DNA of 64,000 nucleotides from a virus (lineage: Duplodnaviria > Caudoviricetes): the IMG/VR virus record IMGVR_UViG_3300011116_001227, one strand, 5' to 3'. Under the pieces are notes generated by a model, which worked only from the letters and a program-made list of their open reading frames with translations, was not told where the DNA came from and ran no database searches. The position numbers and the translations under genes were made by a program. Below are positions 1 through 9,954 of this stretch, one piece after another (positions within the stretch are counted from its first letter, which is position 1; every line of letters begins with the position of its first letter).

Positions 1-1276
1 CCTTTGCGATATAACGGTCAGACGATGGATCAAGAGTCACGCCTGCGAATCTTTCGTTTGGAATAACAGACTTAGCAAGATCTCTGTCAGAAAAAGTTCT
101 AATTACAATGTCGAAAGTTCCGTACTTGTAGAGAGGATCGTTAGACTTGTTGATGTTCTCAATAGAGATCTTAACTTGAGAAGATGCTCCTGCTCCGTCG
201 TCGAGAGCATGAAGCTTAAAGAGATTGACAGGGTTTCCACCAAATTTTTGAGAGATAAACCATGGTGTCACTGCATGACCGAAACGATCTCTAAAATTCT
301 CGTAGTTAGGAACGTTTGCTCCGCCCACATTTCTCGAGAGAGAAGATGTCACTAAGAATGAAGCGGGTTCGTGTCCACCGAGAACAGCTGAACCAGATGC
401 CGCATTAATAACGCCAGAACCTGTTACTGTTGCGAGTGTTGGATGAACATCCCAGTGTGCGTAGAGGTAGTGACCTGCATCTTGCATCTTGAGAGGATCA
501 GTGTTAAAAACATCAGCAAAGTAGTTGTTAGAAGTGACGTCGAAAGAAGCTGTAAGAACATTTGGGTAAGATGCTTCAGTTCCTTTATGTCCATTTAGCA
601 ATAGAACGAATTCTTGCTTTACAGTTCCATTCTGTGTTAGATAGGTGCTGCCTAATGTTGTGCCTAGAGCTGTTGCTTCAGCTGCAACCAACGTTGAAGA
701 AGGAGCAGCTGAAGATAAAGAAGCACCTGGCATAGAAGAGGACATCTTTACTAAGACACCGCTTGGTGCCATTAAAACGCCTCTAACTAAAGGAATTGCT
801 GCTGCTGACGATTGAATTCCTGCATCGCTTAGATAAGTTGATCCTGCAGATTCTGACATGAAGCATCCGAGGAAGTATGTTCTTCCTGGTACGCCGCTAG
901 AATTTGCGTATGGATTTGAGCTTATTGTATCTGGATTTGGCTGTTGTTCACCAACAGTAAAACCTGCATTGTTTACGTCACCTGCTGCTAATCTCTTCTT
1001 GCCGTCACCGACGCCAAGAACTCTCAGGTAAGTCACAGCTTGAGCATTTCGAAGCCACTCACGAACTGCGAGTGGTCCAAACTTCTTTCCGTCAGTCTCA
1101 CCAAATTTAGCTGTCCAATCAGATAAGTTTCCTACTGTAACCGGCACGAATGCTGGTCCGTGTATTGCTGTACCAATTATTCCAGCCGGGACACCCACAG
1201 GTTGTTGTGTTGTTGGACCTGTGAGGTCAATTTCTCTAGCTGTTACGCCTGCGCTTCCGAACTTTAATTTTGCCAT
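1..1276 (-). CDS. gp18: Tail sheath protein (second paralog), partial; runs off the left edge
   Basis: Not in the ORF track. Manual translation from the ATG at 1276 gives MAKLKFGSAGVTAREIDLTGPTTQQPVGVPAGIIGTAIHGPAFVPVTVGNLSDWTAKFG..., the sheath N-terminus, closely paralleling the 1016-aa neighbour (REIDLS...GPAFVPVTV). Confidence 0.88.
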   Translation of the reverse strand, partial: MAKLKFGSAGVTAREIDLTGPTTQQPVGVPAGIIGTAIHGPAFVPVTVGNLSDWTAKFGETDGKKFGPLAVREWLRNAQAVTYLRVLGVGDGKKRLAAGDVNNAGFTVGEQQPNPDTISSNPYANSSGVPGRTYFLGCFMSESAGSTYLSDAGIQSSAAAIPLVRGVLMAPSGVLVKMSSSMPGASLSSAAPSSTLVAAEATALGTTLGSTYLTQNGTVKQEFVLLLNGHKGTEASYPNVLTASFDVTSNNYFADVFNTDPLKMQDAGHYLYAHWDVHPTLATVTGSGVINAASGSAVLGGHEPASFLVTSSLSRNVGGANVPNYENFRDRFGHAVTPWFISQKFGGNPVNLFKLHALDDGAGASSQVKISIENINKSNDPLYKYGTFDIVIRTFSDRDLAKSVIPNERFAGVTLDPSSDRYIAK

Positions 1277-1323
1277 TTAAGCTCTCCAATTACTACTAAC
1301 TAACTATCAGTTAAAGATCATTT

Positions 1324-4300
1324 TCAAACGAACTGAACTCCACTATTTGTCACAATAAAGTCAATTGCGATGAATTCAACAACTCGTGTTGGAACAACCA
1401 CGATTCTTCCATTGAGACGATTAAGATCTGCGTCATCTTGGGTGTTGTTTGTTTCGTTCATAATGACCTGGAATCCTTCTATTCCTGCTTGAACTTGAAT
1501 TAGTCCAAGTTGGAACGAAGCGTCAGCTACGAACTTATTTCTTACAGCGGGTGTGTTTTGTTCGAAGACGATCTTTTGTGCAATACCAATGATGATACGC
1601 TTGATCTCGAGCATAAGACGTCTAACGTTCACTCTATCAAGAGCTGACTTATTGATTTGAAGCGTCTTTTGTCCGTAGATCACGAATCCAAGTCTTGGGA
1701 ATGTTGCGATTGGATTAATTCTTGATTCGTACATACGATCGCGATCAGAGACGTTGAGTCTCACTGCAACATTCGTAACGAAGTCAAGAGCTGCTCTATT
1801 GAAACCAGCTGGTGCGAACCATGGATAAGAAACTCTATCGTTAAATCCTAACGCACCGAGAGCTGCCACAGAGGCAGGAACCTTCACTCTTCTGCTGTTT
1901 GTAGCGTCGTCGACGTACACATCAGGGAAGTAAGTTGCTGCGTAGTTGTTGTCGATGTTTCTTGCATCAAGCTCGTTGCAAACATAATTGATGTTTGGCT
2001 TGCCTGTTGAATCATCGTACAAACGATTACCGCTATCGTCGTAAGATGGAATATCCATGACGTGCATTGCAAGACCGTAATCTTTTACCTTGCTCATTGC
2101 ATTATCATTGATGTAAGGTTCTCTAATTCCAGGAATTGCGAGAATGTTATTATTAGCAACAAGAGGATCTGTCGCAATGTTGATTGCTGTGAGGTAAGAA
2201 GCAACCCCGCTGTTGTTTACATCTTGACCCGCTGGATTTGTAGCAAATCCTTGCACTGCATTATTTGTTGAAGCTCCGCCGCCAGAGTCGAACGATACAG
2301 ACTTATCATTCATTCTGCGTGAATTTCGATCAAGCATGTTTGTTCCATCGAATCCACCGTACATAAAGTTAGTAAACTTCATGAATGTTGAGAACTTATT
2401 GAAGTCAGATGCTGATCCTGATGCCAAAAGTGTCGCGAAGGACATTCTGTTCCTTCCATTTTCAGAATATGTGTACTTTGTATTGTCAAGTGCAGCATTT
2501 CTGATATAGGCAGCTTCCTTCATGTGAGCATTAATTGAGCTTGTTAAGTCTCCAATTGAATTATTAAACAACACAACGTTAGAAAGTGTGAACTTGTTGT
2601 TGTTTAAAAGATCTGCATTAGAACCAGTCACCAAAGCATCTAGCTTTTCAATTCCCATAAACTTGGTTAATGAACCAAGGAGGTTGTTCTTTTCTGTAAC
2701 AACGTTAGGATTGAGAAGAGATGTTCCTGTAGGATCAGAAGCGACGCTGTCTCTCTCGAACTTCACGCCCCAGTAAAGTGCTGGATTTGCGAGCTCAGAG
2801 TTACCTGGCTGACCAATGAATACTGGGCTTGATGCCATCTCGCCTCTTGTTACCTTGAATCTCATTGGCACAGGTGGCAAAAATGATGCTGAAAGACTGT
2901 TAAAGGAAGAATTTAATTGTCCGTCTAGTCTTGCCTTTGAAGATTGCAAAGCGTCAGAAGACTTAAGATTTGGATTGAGGTTGACAAGATGTGCTCCCTT
3001 AAATCCGAAGGGAAGAGAATTTTGTGGAACTTGCTTCTCTTCAACCATAGAATTCATAACAATTCTAACATATCGAGACTTATTGGCATACTTGCCTGTT
3101 GCAACAATTCTCTTCTCGCTTGAGATTGTTGAATCGAAGTTATAGAAGACCTTTCTGTCTCCGATTAGCTTCGCAACATAGTTTGGTGAATCTGGATCGA
3201 GCGTGCAGTTCGAGAACTGCTCAATGACTTGAACTGTTTGATCAGTATCGTCCCAATTTCTAACTTGAACTGTGAATGTTCCGTATCTATTGGCGTCATT
3301 TGTAGATGCCTTAAGATTTGAGATAGAAATCTTGTAGAGCTGATTTGCATACTCACCGTCATCAATCGCCTCAAAGTGGAAGAGATCGTATTCTGTCTTT
3401 CCGAAAGGCTGAGAGATGAAGGATGTTGTTTTTGGTGAAGTGAATCTTGTATTGTAAGATCCGTAAACCTCTCTAAATGTCTTAGAGGAATCTCCTGTAG
3501 CAGAAGAATTTGCTGAGCCTGAGAGAATACCAACACGACTTTGAGCGCTGCCGCTAGCGAAAGCAACAGCTGGATCGACTGCAAAGTCTGCGTGGAGGTA
3601 ATGTTGTTCTTGGTAGAATTTATCTGGGTCTCTGTTCAGGATCTTGCCAATATAGTCCTTATCAGTTGGATCAAACGATGCTGTGAGAACCTTAATTCCA
3701 CCTAATCCATCAGCAACTGAGAATGAAGAACCTAAAGTAGAAGAAATAATTAGCTTAAACTTTCCTGATCCAAGATCTGCGTCGTCATTAAGCGCAGAGC
3801 CGGGTGTGAAAGATGAAGCAACGATGGATCCATTCGCATCTGTGACCATGACCTTTGCTGTATTTGGAGTCATGAGAAGACCTCTCACGAGGTTAACGTA
3901 TGTTGATCCAGCGAAAGAATCGTTGTCTGAGAAGACGGGTGCTGCAGAACCTTCATATGTTCCAACTTCATGTCGTGCAACAAGAAACTGAACTGCACCA
4001 TTATGACGAGAATCTGCTGCAACAGTTCCAGCTAAAGCAAAACCTGCGTTATTAACAACACCGTATGCTGCTGTATTGCTAAGATGCGCATCAGTTGTAT
4101 TTGATCCTGCACCTAAAACTCTGATGTAAGACAAAGAAGATCTATTCTTTAAGAACTCATTTGCAGCGTATGGTCCAAACTTATCAGGATCTAATTTGCC
4201 AAAAACTTCAGCAAATTCATTAAAGTTAGCTACTGTAACAGGAACAAAGGCTGGACCTTTATTTGCTGTTCCAATGATTAAAGCAGGAACGCCGGTCGGG

Positions 4301-4374
4301 CCTGTCACTGCTGGGGCTGAAAGATCAATCTCTCGCTCATAAAAGTTGGGCGACTTAAAAGTCTGCTCTGACAT
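1324..4374 (-). CDS. gp18: Tail sheath protein, 1016 aa
   Basis: N-terminal REIDLS/GPAFVPV and C-terminal PWFAPAGFNRA, INPIATFP, GQKTLQ, LDRVNVRRL, FEQN, PTRVVEFIAIDF motifs typical of T4 gp18-like sheaths. Confidence 0.95.
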   Translation of the reverse strand: MSEQTFKSPNFYEREIDLSAPAVTGPTGVPALIIGTANKGPAFVPVTVANFNEFAEVFGKLDPDKFGPYAANEFLKNRSSLSYIRVLGAGSNTTDAHLSNTAAYGVVNNAGFALAGTVAADSRHNGAVQFLVARHEVGTYEGSAAPVFSDNDSFAGSTYVNLVRGLLMTPNTAKVMVTDANGSIVASSFTPGSALNDDADLGSGKFKLIISSTLGSSFSVADGLGGIKVLTASFDPTDKDYIGKILNRDPDKFYQEQHYLHADFAVDPAVAFASGSAQSRVGILSGSANSSATGDSSKTFREVYGSYNTRFTSPKTTSFISQPFGKTEYDLFHFEAIDDGEYANQLYKISISNLKASTNDANRYGTFTVQVRNWDDTDQTVQVIEQFSNCTLDPDSPNYVAKLIGDRKVFYNFDSTISSEKRIVATGKYANKSRYVRIVMNSMVEEKQVPQNSLPFGFKGAHLVNLNPNLKSSDALQSSKARLDGQLNSSFNSLSASFLPPVPMRFKVTRGEMASSPVFIGQPGNSELANPALYWGVKFERDSVASDPTGTSLLNPNVVTEKNNLLGSLTKFMGIEKLDALVTGSNADLLNNNKFTLSNVVLFNNSIGDLTSSINAHMKEAAYIRNAALDNTKYTYSENGRNRMSFATLLASGSASDFNKFSTFMKFTNFMYGGFDGTNMLDRNSRRMNDKSVSFDSGGGASTNNAVQGFATNPAGQDVNNSGVASYLTAINIATDPLVANNNILAIPGIREPYINDNAMSKVKDYGLAMHVMDIPSYDDSGNRLYDDSTGKPNINYVCNELDARNIDNNYAATYFPDVYVDDATNSRRVKVPASVAALGALGFNDRVSYPWFAPAGFNRAALDFVTNVAVRLNVSDRDRMYESRINPIATFPRLGFVIYGQKTLQINKSALDRVNVRRLMLEIKRIIIGIAQKIVFEQNTPAVRNKFVADASFQLGLIQVQAGIEGFQVIMNETNNTQDDADLNRLNGRIVVVPTRVVEFIAIDFIVTNSGVQFV

Positions 4375-4415
4375 TCTATTATCTCCTTAACAAATACCGA
4401 TCAGTAATTATTGTC

Positions 4416-5687
4416 TTAATTATCACTAATCAAAACAATTTCTAATCCGCCCAAACTATGGCCAGAATAAACTGTCTCTCCCTTCGAGGTTGTCGACACA
4501 GTTTTTATAAAATTATGTCCTCTGGGAACTGACAAAAGTGAAGGATCATTTGAATCTTCAGTTCCTGGCGAATAAGGATTGTGACTAGATATAACTGGAT
4601 AAATTTTTTGCTGTCGCCAACCCGGCGTTCGTTGATCGTCTAACACATTGCTTTGAAGATCAAGTGGTAATGTAGGATCGTCTGACCCTAAAAGATACTT
4701 GTTAGACGGAATTTCACTTGCAATGTCAATTGATCCGCTAGATAGATTCTTAAATGCTATAGTTGGTGACGAGACGTATCTCTTAATTGGAACTGGCATT
4801 CCTGGCGATTGAGTTGCAAAGAAATACGCTGGGACTGTTACAGTAAAATTATGCTTAATGAATCTTTCAGTTGTTGCCATGTCATCGAAGCTAGTCTCCA
4901 TGTTAAAAGACCCACCTTCTACAATTCCTACAAACCAGTAACCTTTCTTTGTATCAAGACGCCAAGACTGTCCTTGAGGTAAAAAAGATGTAATTAACTT
5001 TTCCAAGATCTGATTTGAATGTTGCATGTACTGCGTCCAAACAGTAACTTGGTATTTAATTGTATAGAATTGAGGAGTAGGAACGACAATCGTTTCAAAT
5101 ACGTTATTATTTAGACTGGGCTTCAGATACGCTCCATCTCGTATGTCTTTGTCAACTACGAGCTCGCCTAGTTTTCTTTCTACTACAATTTGATTACCAT
5201 GTCTTGTGTCATTTGGATTGACAGCAAGGTTAGATTGATTCTTTAAAAATAACTTATTAATTAAGGACTGATAATCACGGTCCGATTTATCAAGTCTTCT
5301 CTTAATAACAATCTCACCAACCTGCTGATTAATTCCACGCTTGGTGATATCTGCTGAAAGATCCTGAGTAACTTCTGTCCTCATGATCGTTATTAACGGA
5401 AGAATTAATGAGCCAGTCTTGTCTCGTATTGGGCGTCCTAACTTTAGCATTGCCCATTTTTCTCCTGCAGCAAATACAATTGGAACGCTGATTAAATCTG
5501 TTGAATCGATTCCACCGACTTGAGGAGAAATTTCTTTGTCGAACAACTCAAACATTGCAGTATCGACATCTTCGAGCCCACAAGAGTTGATATAATAATC
5601 TGGCAAGCCCGATGTTTTTTCGTAGCCTGACGGAAGCGGTTGAACGCCGTAGTTCTTCTTGCTTAAAGTCTTAAATCTAGTGGGCAT
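4416..5687 (-). CDS. Tail completion/sheath stabiliser (T4 gp15-like)
   Basis: VPIVFAAGEKW...LPLITI and YQVTVWTQY...NQILEKLI segments resemble gp15-type tail terminators; it lies between the neck and sheath genes. Confidence 0.6.
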   Translation of the reverse strand: MPTRFKTLSKKNYGVQPLPSGYEKTSGLPDYYINSCGLEDVDTAMFELFDKEISPQVGGIDSTDLISVPIVFAAGEKWAMLKLGRPIRDKTGSLILPLITIMRTEVTQDLSADITKRGINQQVGEIVIKRRLDKSDRDYQSLINKLFLKNQSNLAVNPNDTRHGNQIVVERKLGELVVDKDIRDGAYLKPSLNNNVFETIVVPTPQFYTIKYQVTVWTQYMQHSNQILEKLITSFLPQGQSWRLDTKKGYWFVGIVEGGSFNMETSFDDMATTERFIKHNFTVTVPAYFFATQSPGMPVPIKRYVSSPTIAFKNLSSGSIDIASEIPSNKYLLGSDDPTLPLDLQSNVLDDQRTPGWRQQKIYPVISSHNPYSPGTEDSNDPSLLSVPRGHNFIKTVSTTSKGETVYSGHSLGGLEIVLISDN

Positions 5688-5696
5688 AATTCTCTA

Positions 5697-6338
5697 TCAT
5701 TCGTCATAAAAAGACTTAATAATTTTTCTTGGTCCGTCGATCGGTGGATCAAGAGTTCCGTTCTCTCTAAGATCTCTCTTATCAGCGGTTGGATTGCCTT
5801 TAGAATCCAGCTCATTACCTCTTTGCTGTTCGAACTCTGTCTGAACAGCATCAGCATCTGTGTTTGCAATATCTGTAGGACCTTTAAGCGGTGCTTTAAA
5901 CAGACCGTCGCGAGATTTATTACCAATAATCTTGATGCCATTTTTATGTTCAGGTAGACCGAATATATTTTTAGAAACCATTGCTTCGGTCACTTCATAG
6001 AAAATTTCATCGAATGAGAAAAAGTCACCAATATTCACTCGAATTCCCTTGTCGACTAAATCTCTATATTGAATAAATGCTTCAATCATAAACTGCTTGT
6101 CAATACCGAACTTGTCTATCTTGGTTGACTGTTGGAAGTTTGCATCAACAATGCATTCTATTTCTATTGGATTGTCGTAGACTTTCTTCAATGCTTCGTT
6201 ATAAACATCGTGAGTTTTTGTCTTCAACTCTGAAATAGGGTAATAATAGATTTTTTGACCAATCACATCTTTTACTATCTCTTTCGTAATGTCTGAGATA
6301 AAATTTAACTCTCTCTCTGTGATAAACAAACGAGCCAT
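5697..6338 (-). CDS. Neck/head-closure protein (T4 gp14-like)
   Basis: KIYYYP...VYNEA...KFGID...GDFF..FYEV pattern; synteny gp13-gp14-gp15. Confidence 0.6.
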   Translation of the reverse strand: MARLFITERELNFISDITKEIVKDVIGQKIYYYPISELKTKTHDVYNEALKKVYDNPIEIECIVDANFQQSTKIDKFGIDKQFMIEAFIQYRDLVDKGIRVNIGDFFSFDEIFYEVTEAMVSKNIFGLPEHKNGIKIIGNKSRDGLFKAPLKGPTDIANTDADAVQTEFEQQRGNELDSKGNPTADKRDLRENGTLDPPIDGPRKIIKSFYDE

Positions 6339-6350
6339 AAGTTATCTCCT

Positions 6351-7529
6351 TTATCCTATTACGATAGATTTTCCTGATGGCATAGGGATATACCTCAGAC
6401 TCTTGTTAAGATTTTCTGCTGTGAGAGCGTCAGTTTCTATCAGCTTGGCTCTCGTCAAGTTTGATAAAAATTCTTTTAACTGTGTAATTAGTTTGTCCTT
6501 GTCTTCTCTACCCTGCGTAACAAGTGATTCACCATTCAGCTGAAGATCAGCATTTGGAATAGGAATACTCTGAAATTTAGAGCGAATTAGACCTAATAAC
6601 TCTCTGCAAAGCGCAAGAGTATATTGACGAATCCACTGACGTCCAGGTTGTGTGATGCTTCTAAATGGAAGATTTCCATAAGGAATATTCTCTGGTCCTG
6701 AAATACCGTAGATAGAATCGTCTTTAAAGGCTGTAGGATTAAGTGGATCTTTTCTTGGCATTACTTTGCAATAAACTCTTCCCACTTGTGATTCAAGTAC
6801 TGGAATCGGGAATAGACGAAGTTTGCTTCCAATTAATTGATAACTGTATTGTGATCTTCTCACTCTGAATGCAGTTTCTAACATTCCTCTTCTTAAAACA
6901 TCTTCAAATACTGGAAGAACGTAGAACACTGTTGAGTTGATGTACGACTCATAGTTGAAGTTTGTCGCCAAGTAGTTTGTAATATTTGACGCGTTTAAAA
7001 GAAAGTGTTGTGCAGCAATTGGCTCAAAGTGAAACAATTCTACAATTTTTAACTTTCCTTTAGATCCGCTTGGAATAGTGTCGTAAATGTTTAAATTTGT
7101 TTGAGCGTCTTTTAAGTCAGCGTACAAATCGTAGTCTTGTTTGTCGCCTACGACGTCAAAATAGCCTAAAATAGGATTGTAGGAACCTCCTACGTTGGTC
7201 TCAGAAGCATACGCATCTGCCATTCTTGTTAAGAACTCCAACGTATTCCTTGTGTACTTATTTGTCAGATCTGTTGATCCTGTAGGCATTCCTAAAACGT
7301 TTGACAATTCAGACACAATTTTCATTTCATGAATATTTTTGCTATATTCACAGCATGCTTCTTCAAAACATGCCCATATCTCTTTCTTAGTCAATTCAAC
7401 GCTAAGAACATCGTCACCTAACTTTCTTTTTACAAAGTTGACCATGCTGTCAGCTTCAGACTGAAAGTCAGTATCTGAATCAAAAAAACCGAACGGTGTA
7501 GGATTCACAATGTCCGTAAAAGATGCCAT
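6351..7529 (-). CDS. Neck protein/head-tail adaptor (T4 gp13-like)
   Basis: VKRKLG..VLSVELT, WIRQYTLALCRELLG.IRSKF and LNGESL motifs of gp13-like adaptors. Confidence 0.7.
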   Translation of the reverse strand: MASFTDIVNPTPFGFFDSDTDFQSEADSMVNFVKRKLGDDVLSVELTKKEIWACFEEACCEYSKNIHEMKIVSELSNVLGMPTGSTDLTNKYTRNTLEFLTRMADAYASETNVGGSYNPILGYFDVVGDKQDYDLYADLKDAQTNLNIYDTIPSGSKGKLKIVELFHFEPIAAQHFLLNASNITNYLATNFNYESYINSTVFYVLPVFEDVLRRGMLETAFRVRRSQYSYQLIGSKLRLFPIPVLESQVGRVYCKVMPRKDPLNPTAFKDDSIYGISGPENIPYGNLPFRSITQPGRQWIRQYTLALCRELLGLIRSKFQSIPIPNADLQLNGESLVTQGREDKDKLITQLKEFLSNLTRAKLIETDALTAENLNKSLRYIPMPSGKSIVIG

Positions 7530-7556
7530 CTAAAACTCCGAGTACAATCGTACAGA

Positions 7557-7563
7557 TAAATAT
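7557..7563 (-). promoter_or_regulatory. Putative late-promoter motif ATA(N)TTA upstream of the neck operon
   Basis: Minus strand ATATTTA about 28 nt upstream of the ATG; the same heptamer recurs upstream of many structural genes (see findings). Confidence 0.5.
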
Positions 7564-7611
7564 CATTAGGAAAAACTAATCATTAACAAACTCAACAAAA
7601 CAGGTGATATT

Positions 7612-8400
7612 GTGAAAATAATAAAATTTGGTTCATCAGGAGAAGACGTTTCTACGTGGCAAATTTTTTTAAGAGGACTAAAAGAAGACAGCCATGTAAT
7701 TGTCAATGGCTTCTTTGACAATCAGACGAACGCAGAAACAAAAGAATTTCAAGCAAAATCAAATCTAAAAAACGACGGAATAGTCGGTCCTTCGACATTG
7801 GCCGTAGCTTTAAATTTAGGTTTTTGCTTGATGTCAGATGATTCAATTGACGAGAATAGTTCTAATTGGCCCGTTCTGCCTTCACCAAATCAATTTTTAA
7901 GCCCGCAAGCAAGAATTAAATTATTTGGAGCTTTTACTTACGAATCTGCACCTGTTTCGTCAAATCCAGAAGCCATAATCATAAAGGGAGATTGGGTTGC
8001 AAAAAATATAAAGAGTGTAGCAATTCCTCAACTCAAAGGATTAGCTGGCGCTCCTGCAAATTTGGCTGTTCAAATAAATGAAAAGATTGCTGATCAGACA
8101 ATCAAACTATTCACAGCTTGGGAATCAGCAAATCTAAAAGATAAAATTAAAACGTGGGGCGGATCTTGGGTACCTAGATTTATTAGAGGATCTAGATCAA
8201 CATTATCAAATCATGCATGGGGAACGGCATTTGATATAAATGCACAATGGAACATGCTTGGATCTACTCCAGCATTAAAGGGACAGCTAGGGTCGACTAG
8301 AGAACTAGTTCAAATAGCTTACGAACACGGTTTCTATTGGGGAGGCTGGTTTCCTGGTCGACCTGATGGAATGCACTTTGAAGCTTACAAAATTCTATAG
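7612..8400 (+). CDS. Endolysin-like peptidoglycan peptidase: PG-binding domain plus M15 family peptidase
   Basis: N-terminal GSSGEDV..WQ..L...NGFFD..T....KEFQ....L..DGIVGP.T PG-binding repeat; C-terminal SNHAWGTAFDIN and DGMHFE zinc-ligand motifs of M15 peptidases. TTG/GTG-type start taken from the track. Confidence 0.85.
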   Translation: MKIIKFGSSGEDVSTWQIFLRGLKEDSHVIVNGFFDNQTNAETKEFQAKSNLKNDGIVGPSTLAVALNLGFCLMSDDSIDENSSNWPVLPSPNQFLSPQARIKLFGAFTYESAPVSSNPEAIIIKGDWVAKNIKSVAIPQLKGLAGAPANLAVQINEKIADQTIKLFTAWESANLKDKIKTWGGSWVPRFIRGSRSTLSNHAWGTAFDINAQWNMLGSTPALKGQLGSTRELVQIAYEHGFYWGGWFPGRPDGMHFEAYKIL

Positions 8401-8628
8401 TCACATACCAGAAATTAAAGCTTGCACAGCAGTCTTAACTCTTTCTTGCAATTCTTTAGGAAGTGCTGCAAGAAGAACATAATTTTCAACTTTTTGAGAA
8501 GATGCTGGTACACCTCCAGCAACATACTCTTGATTAACTGTAACTACAGTTCTAAGAACTAGAGGAGGAAGGCCTGGTCTGTTTGCGTAAATTGGTTGAT
8601 AAAGATCAGCGTTGTTATTCATGTTCAT
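8401..8628 (-). CDS. Hypothetical protein, about 75 aa
   Basis: ORF track; fits a tightly packed minus-strand run. Confidence 0.55.
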   Translation of the reverse strand: MNMNNNADLYQPIYANRPGLPPLVLRTVVTVNQEYVAGGVPASSQKVENYVLLAALPKELQERVKTAVQALISGM

Positions 8629-8804
8629 CCTTTTAAGATATTGTTAGACTTAGCGAGTGCTTCGTTCATATTGGACATCATCTGTCTAATCTTTAGCAAC
8701 TCTTCTTCTAATTCTTCAACATTCTTGCCTAAAGATCTGTCTTCTTCGATTCTAGCAAGAAGATTCACGTATAATTCATGCAGTTTTTCTGATGATGCGG
8801 GCAT
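8625..8804 (-). CDS. Small coiled-coil hypothetical protein (MPASSEKLHELY...)
   Basis: Start trimmed from the track's 8909 to the ATG at 8804, which removes most of the overlap with the upstream ORF; heptad-like Leu/Glu sequence. Confidence 0.5.
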   Translation of the reverse strand: MPASSEKLHELYVNLLARIEEDRSLGKNVEELEEELLKIRQMMSNMNEALAKSNNILKG

Positions 8805-9081
8805 TTTTTTGTCCTTTCTTGTTAACTTCTTCACTTTCGATTTTGATCTGACTATTATTTTTATTGAGATCGCTAACTCTCTTCTCTTCTTGAAGAATCC
8901 AAGATTCAAACTTTGTTTTGTTAGTTTGATCTTGAACAGTCTGCATATTTTGAAGAATTATTGATCTTAATTCTAACAAAAGATTTTGTTGAGCATCTCT
9001 GCTGTCTGCTTCTACGACTTTCGTCGTAAGAAGAGTTTCATATAGAAAAATTGTCTCAGTAGGGGTTAAAGATAAAAGCAT
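8776..9081 (-). CDS. Hypothetical protein (MLLSLTPTET...)
   Basis: ATG at 9081 preceded by a GGAGGT Shine-Dalgarno; trimmed from the track ORF. Confidence 0.55.
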   Translation of the reverse strand: MLLSLTPTETIFLYETLLTTKVVEADSRDAQQNLLLELRSIILQNMQTVQDQTNKTKFESWILQEEKRVSDLNKNNSQIKIESEEVNKKGQKNARIIRKTA

Positions 9082-9155
9082 TTTTACCTCCAGAAAAATT
9101 AAAAACGGCACACCTTTCGATGCGCCGTCTTATTCTACAATATTTTAATTTAAAA

Positions 9156-9419
9156 TCACCAAGCCTTGTCAGTAAATCTATAATGCTTCTGAAGAGCACG
9201 ATAGATTGTACGGGCTTCACGTCCATCAAAACGGAAAGTATCACCATTTGGTGAATCAACAAAAAGAACAGTTGAATCACTCACAGGATTTGTGCTAACT
9301 GCAACTGTAATTCCTGTATTACGGCGAGTCGTCTCTGTTCGAAGCTTTCCAGTACGATCTTCACGCGAAACAATTGTAGAATTACGATTAGCTGATTGTG
9401 TGTTCTTACGTCGTGTCAT
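9156..9419 (-). CDS. Hypothetical protein, 87 aa
   Basis: ORF with a GAGGT RBS 6 nt upstream of the ATG. Confidence 0.65.
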   Translation of the reverse strand: MTRRKNTQSANRNSTIVSREDRTGKLRTETTRRNTGITVAVSTNPVSDSTVLFVDSPNGDTFRFDGREARTIYRALQKHYRFTDKAW

Positions 9420-9423
9420 AATT

Positions 9424-9479
9424 TACCTCTGTAATATTAGAACCAGTGGTTCCTATGCTTCTATAATAAGACAGAGGTA
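9424..9479 (-). promoter_or_regulatory. Leader hairpin sequestering the RBS of the 87-aa gene
   Basis: Perfect 9-bp inverted repeat TACCTCTGT (9424-9432) / ACAGAGGTA (9471-9479); the proximal arm contains the GAGGT RBS. Internal GAACC-AGT-GGTTC mini-stem. Confidence 0.5.
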
Positions 9480-9507
9480 TGTCTATGTTCAAAACTTGAT
9501 CTTGTAA

Positions 9508-9816
9508 TTATTTTTCTTCAATCTTAGACATCAGTATACCAACCTTCTTAGAAGCATCTGGGTCTGCTGCAAGCAAAGCTTTTACAAATGCTAAAAGAGC
9601 TGCTCCCTTGCTAGCATCGCCCTTTTTGGCAGCGAGAACTGCAACTTTTAATGTCTGTTCATCCATGCCTAATTGATTAGCGATCTCTTTTGTATTGAGC
9701 TGTCCCTTTGTGTCTGTTTTTTCGCCTTTTGCAGAAGCTGCTGAGTCTTCTCCTCCTTCTCGAAGAATCTCTTGACGAATAATTTTACGTAATTGTAGTT
9801 CTGTTAATTTTATCAT
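9508..9816 (-). CDS. Small putative internal head protein with KLTxxxLxxIIxxE N-terminal motif
   Basis: MIKLTELQLRKIIRQEILREGG; motif shared with ORFs starting at 23074, 23542 and 29020; ATACTTA motif upstream. Confidence 0.6.
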   Translation of the reverse strand: MIKLTELQLRKIIRQEILREGGEDSAASAKGEKTDTKGQLNTKEIANQLGMDEQTLKVAVLAAKKGDASKGAALLAFVKALLAADPDASKKVGILMSKIEEK

Positions 9817-9954
9817 TTTTTTTACTTTATTTAAGTATCCAAGAAATTTATTCGGGTCCCAGAGTTTAAATATAAAAAATTACTAAATTATTGGCTGTTG
9901 CCAACAAAAACAAAAGGCGATATTTTCTAATGCCCTGCTTATTAAACAAAGCAG

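Noticed and set aside
8625-8909. 94-aa ORF starting at 8909
   Set aside because: The first 35 codons overlap the neighbouring gene; the ATG at 8804 gives a more plausible small protein.
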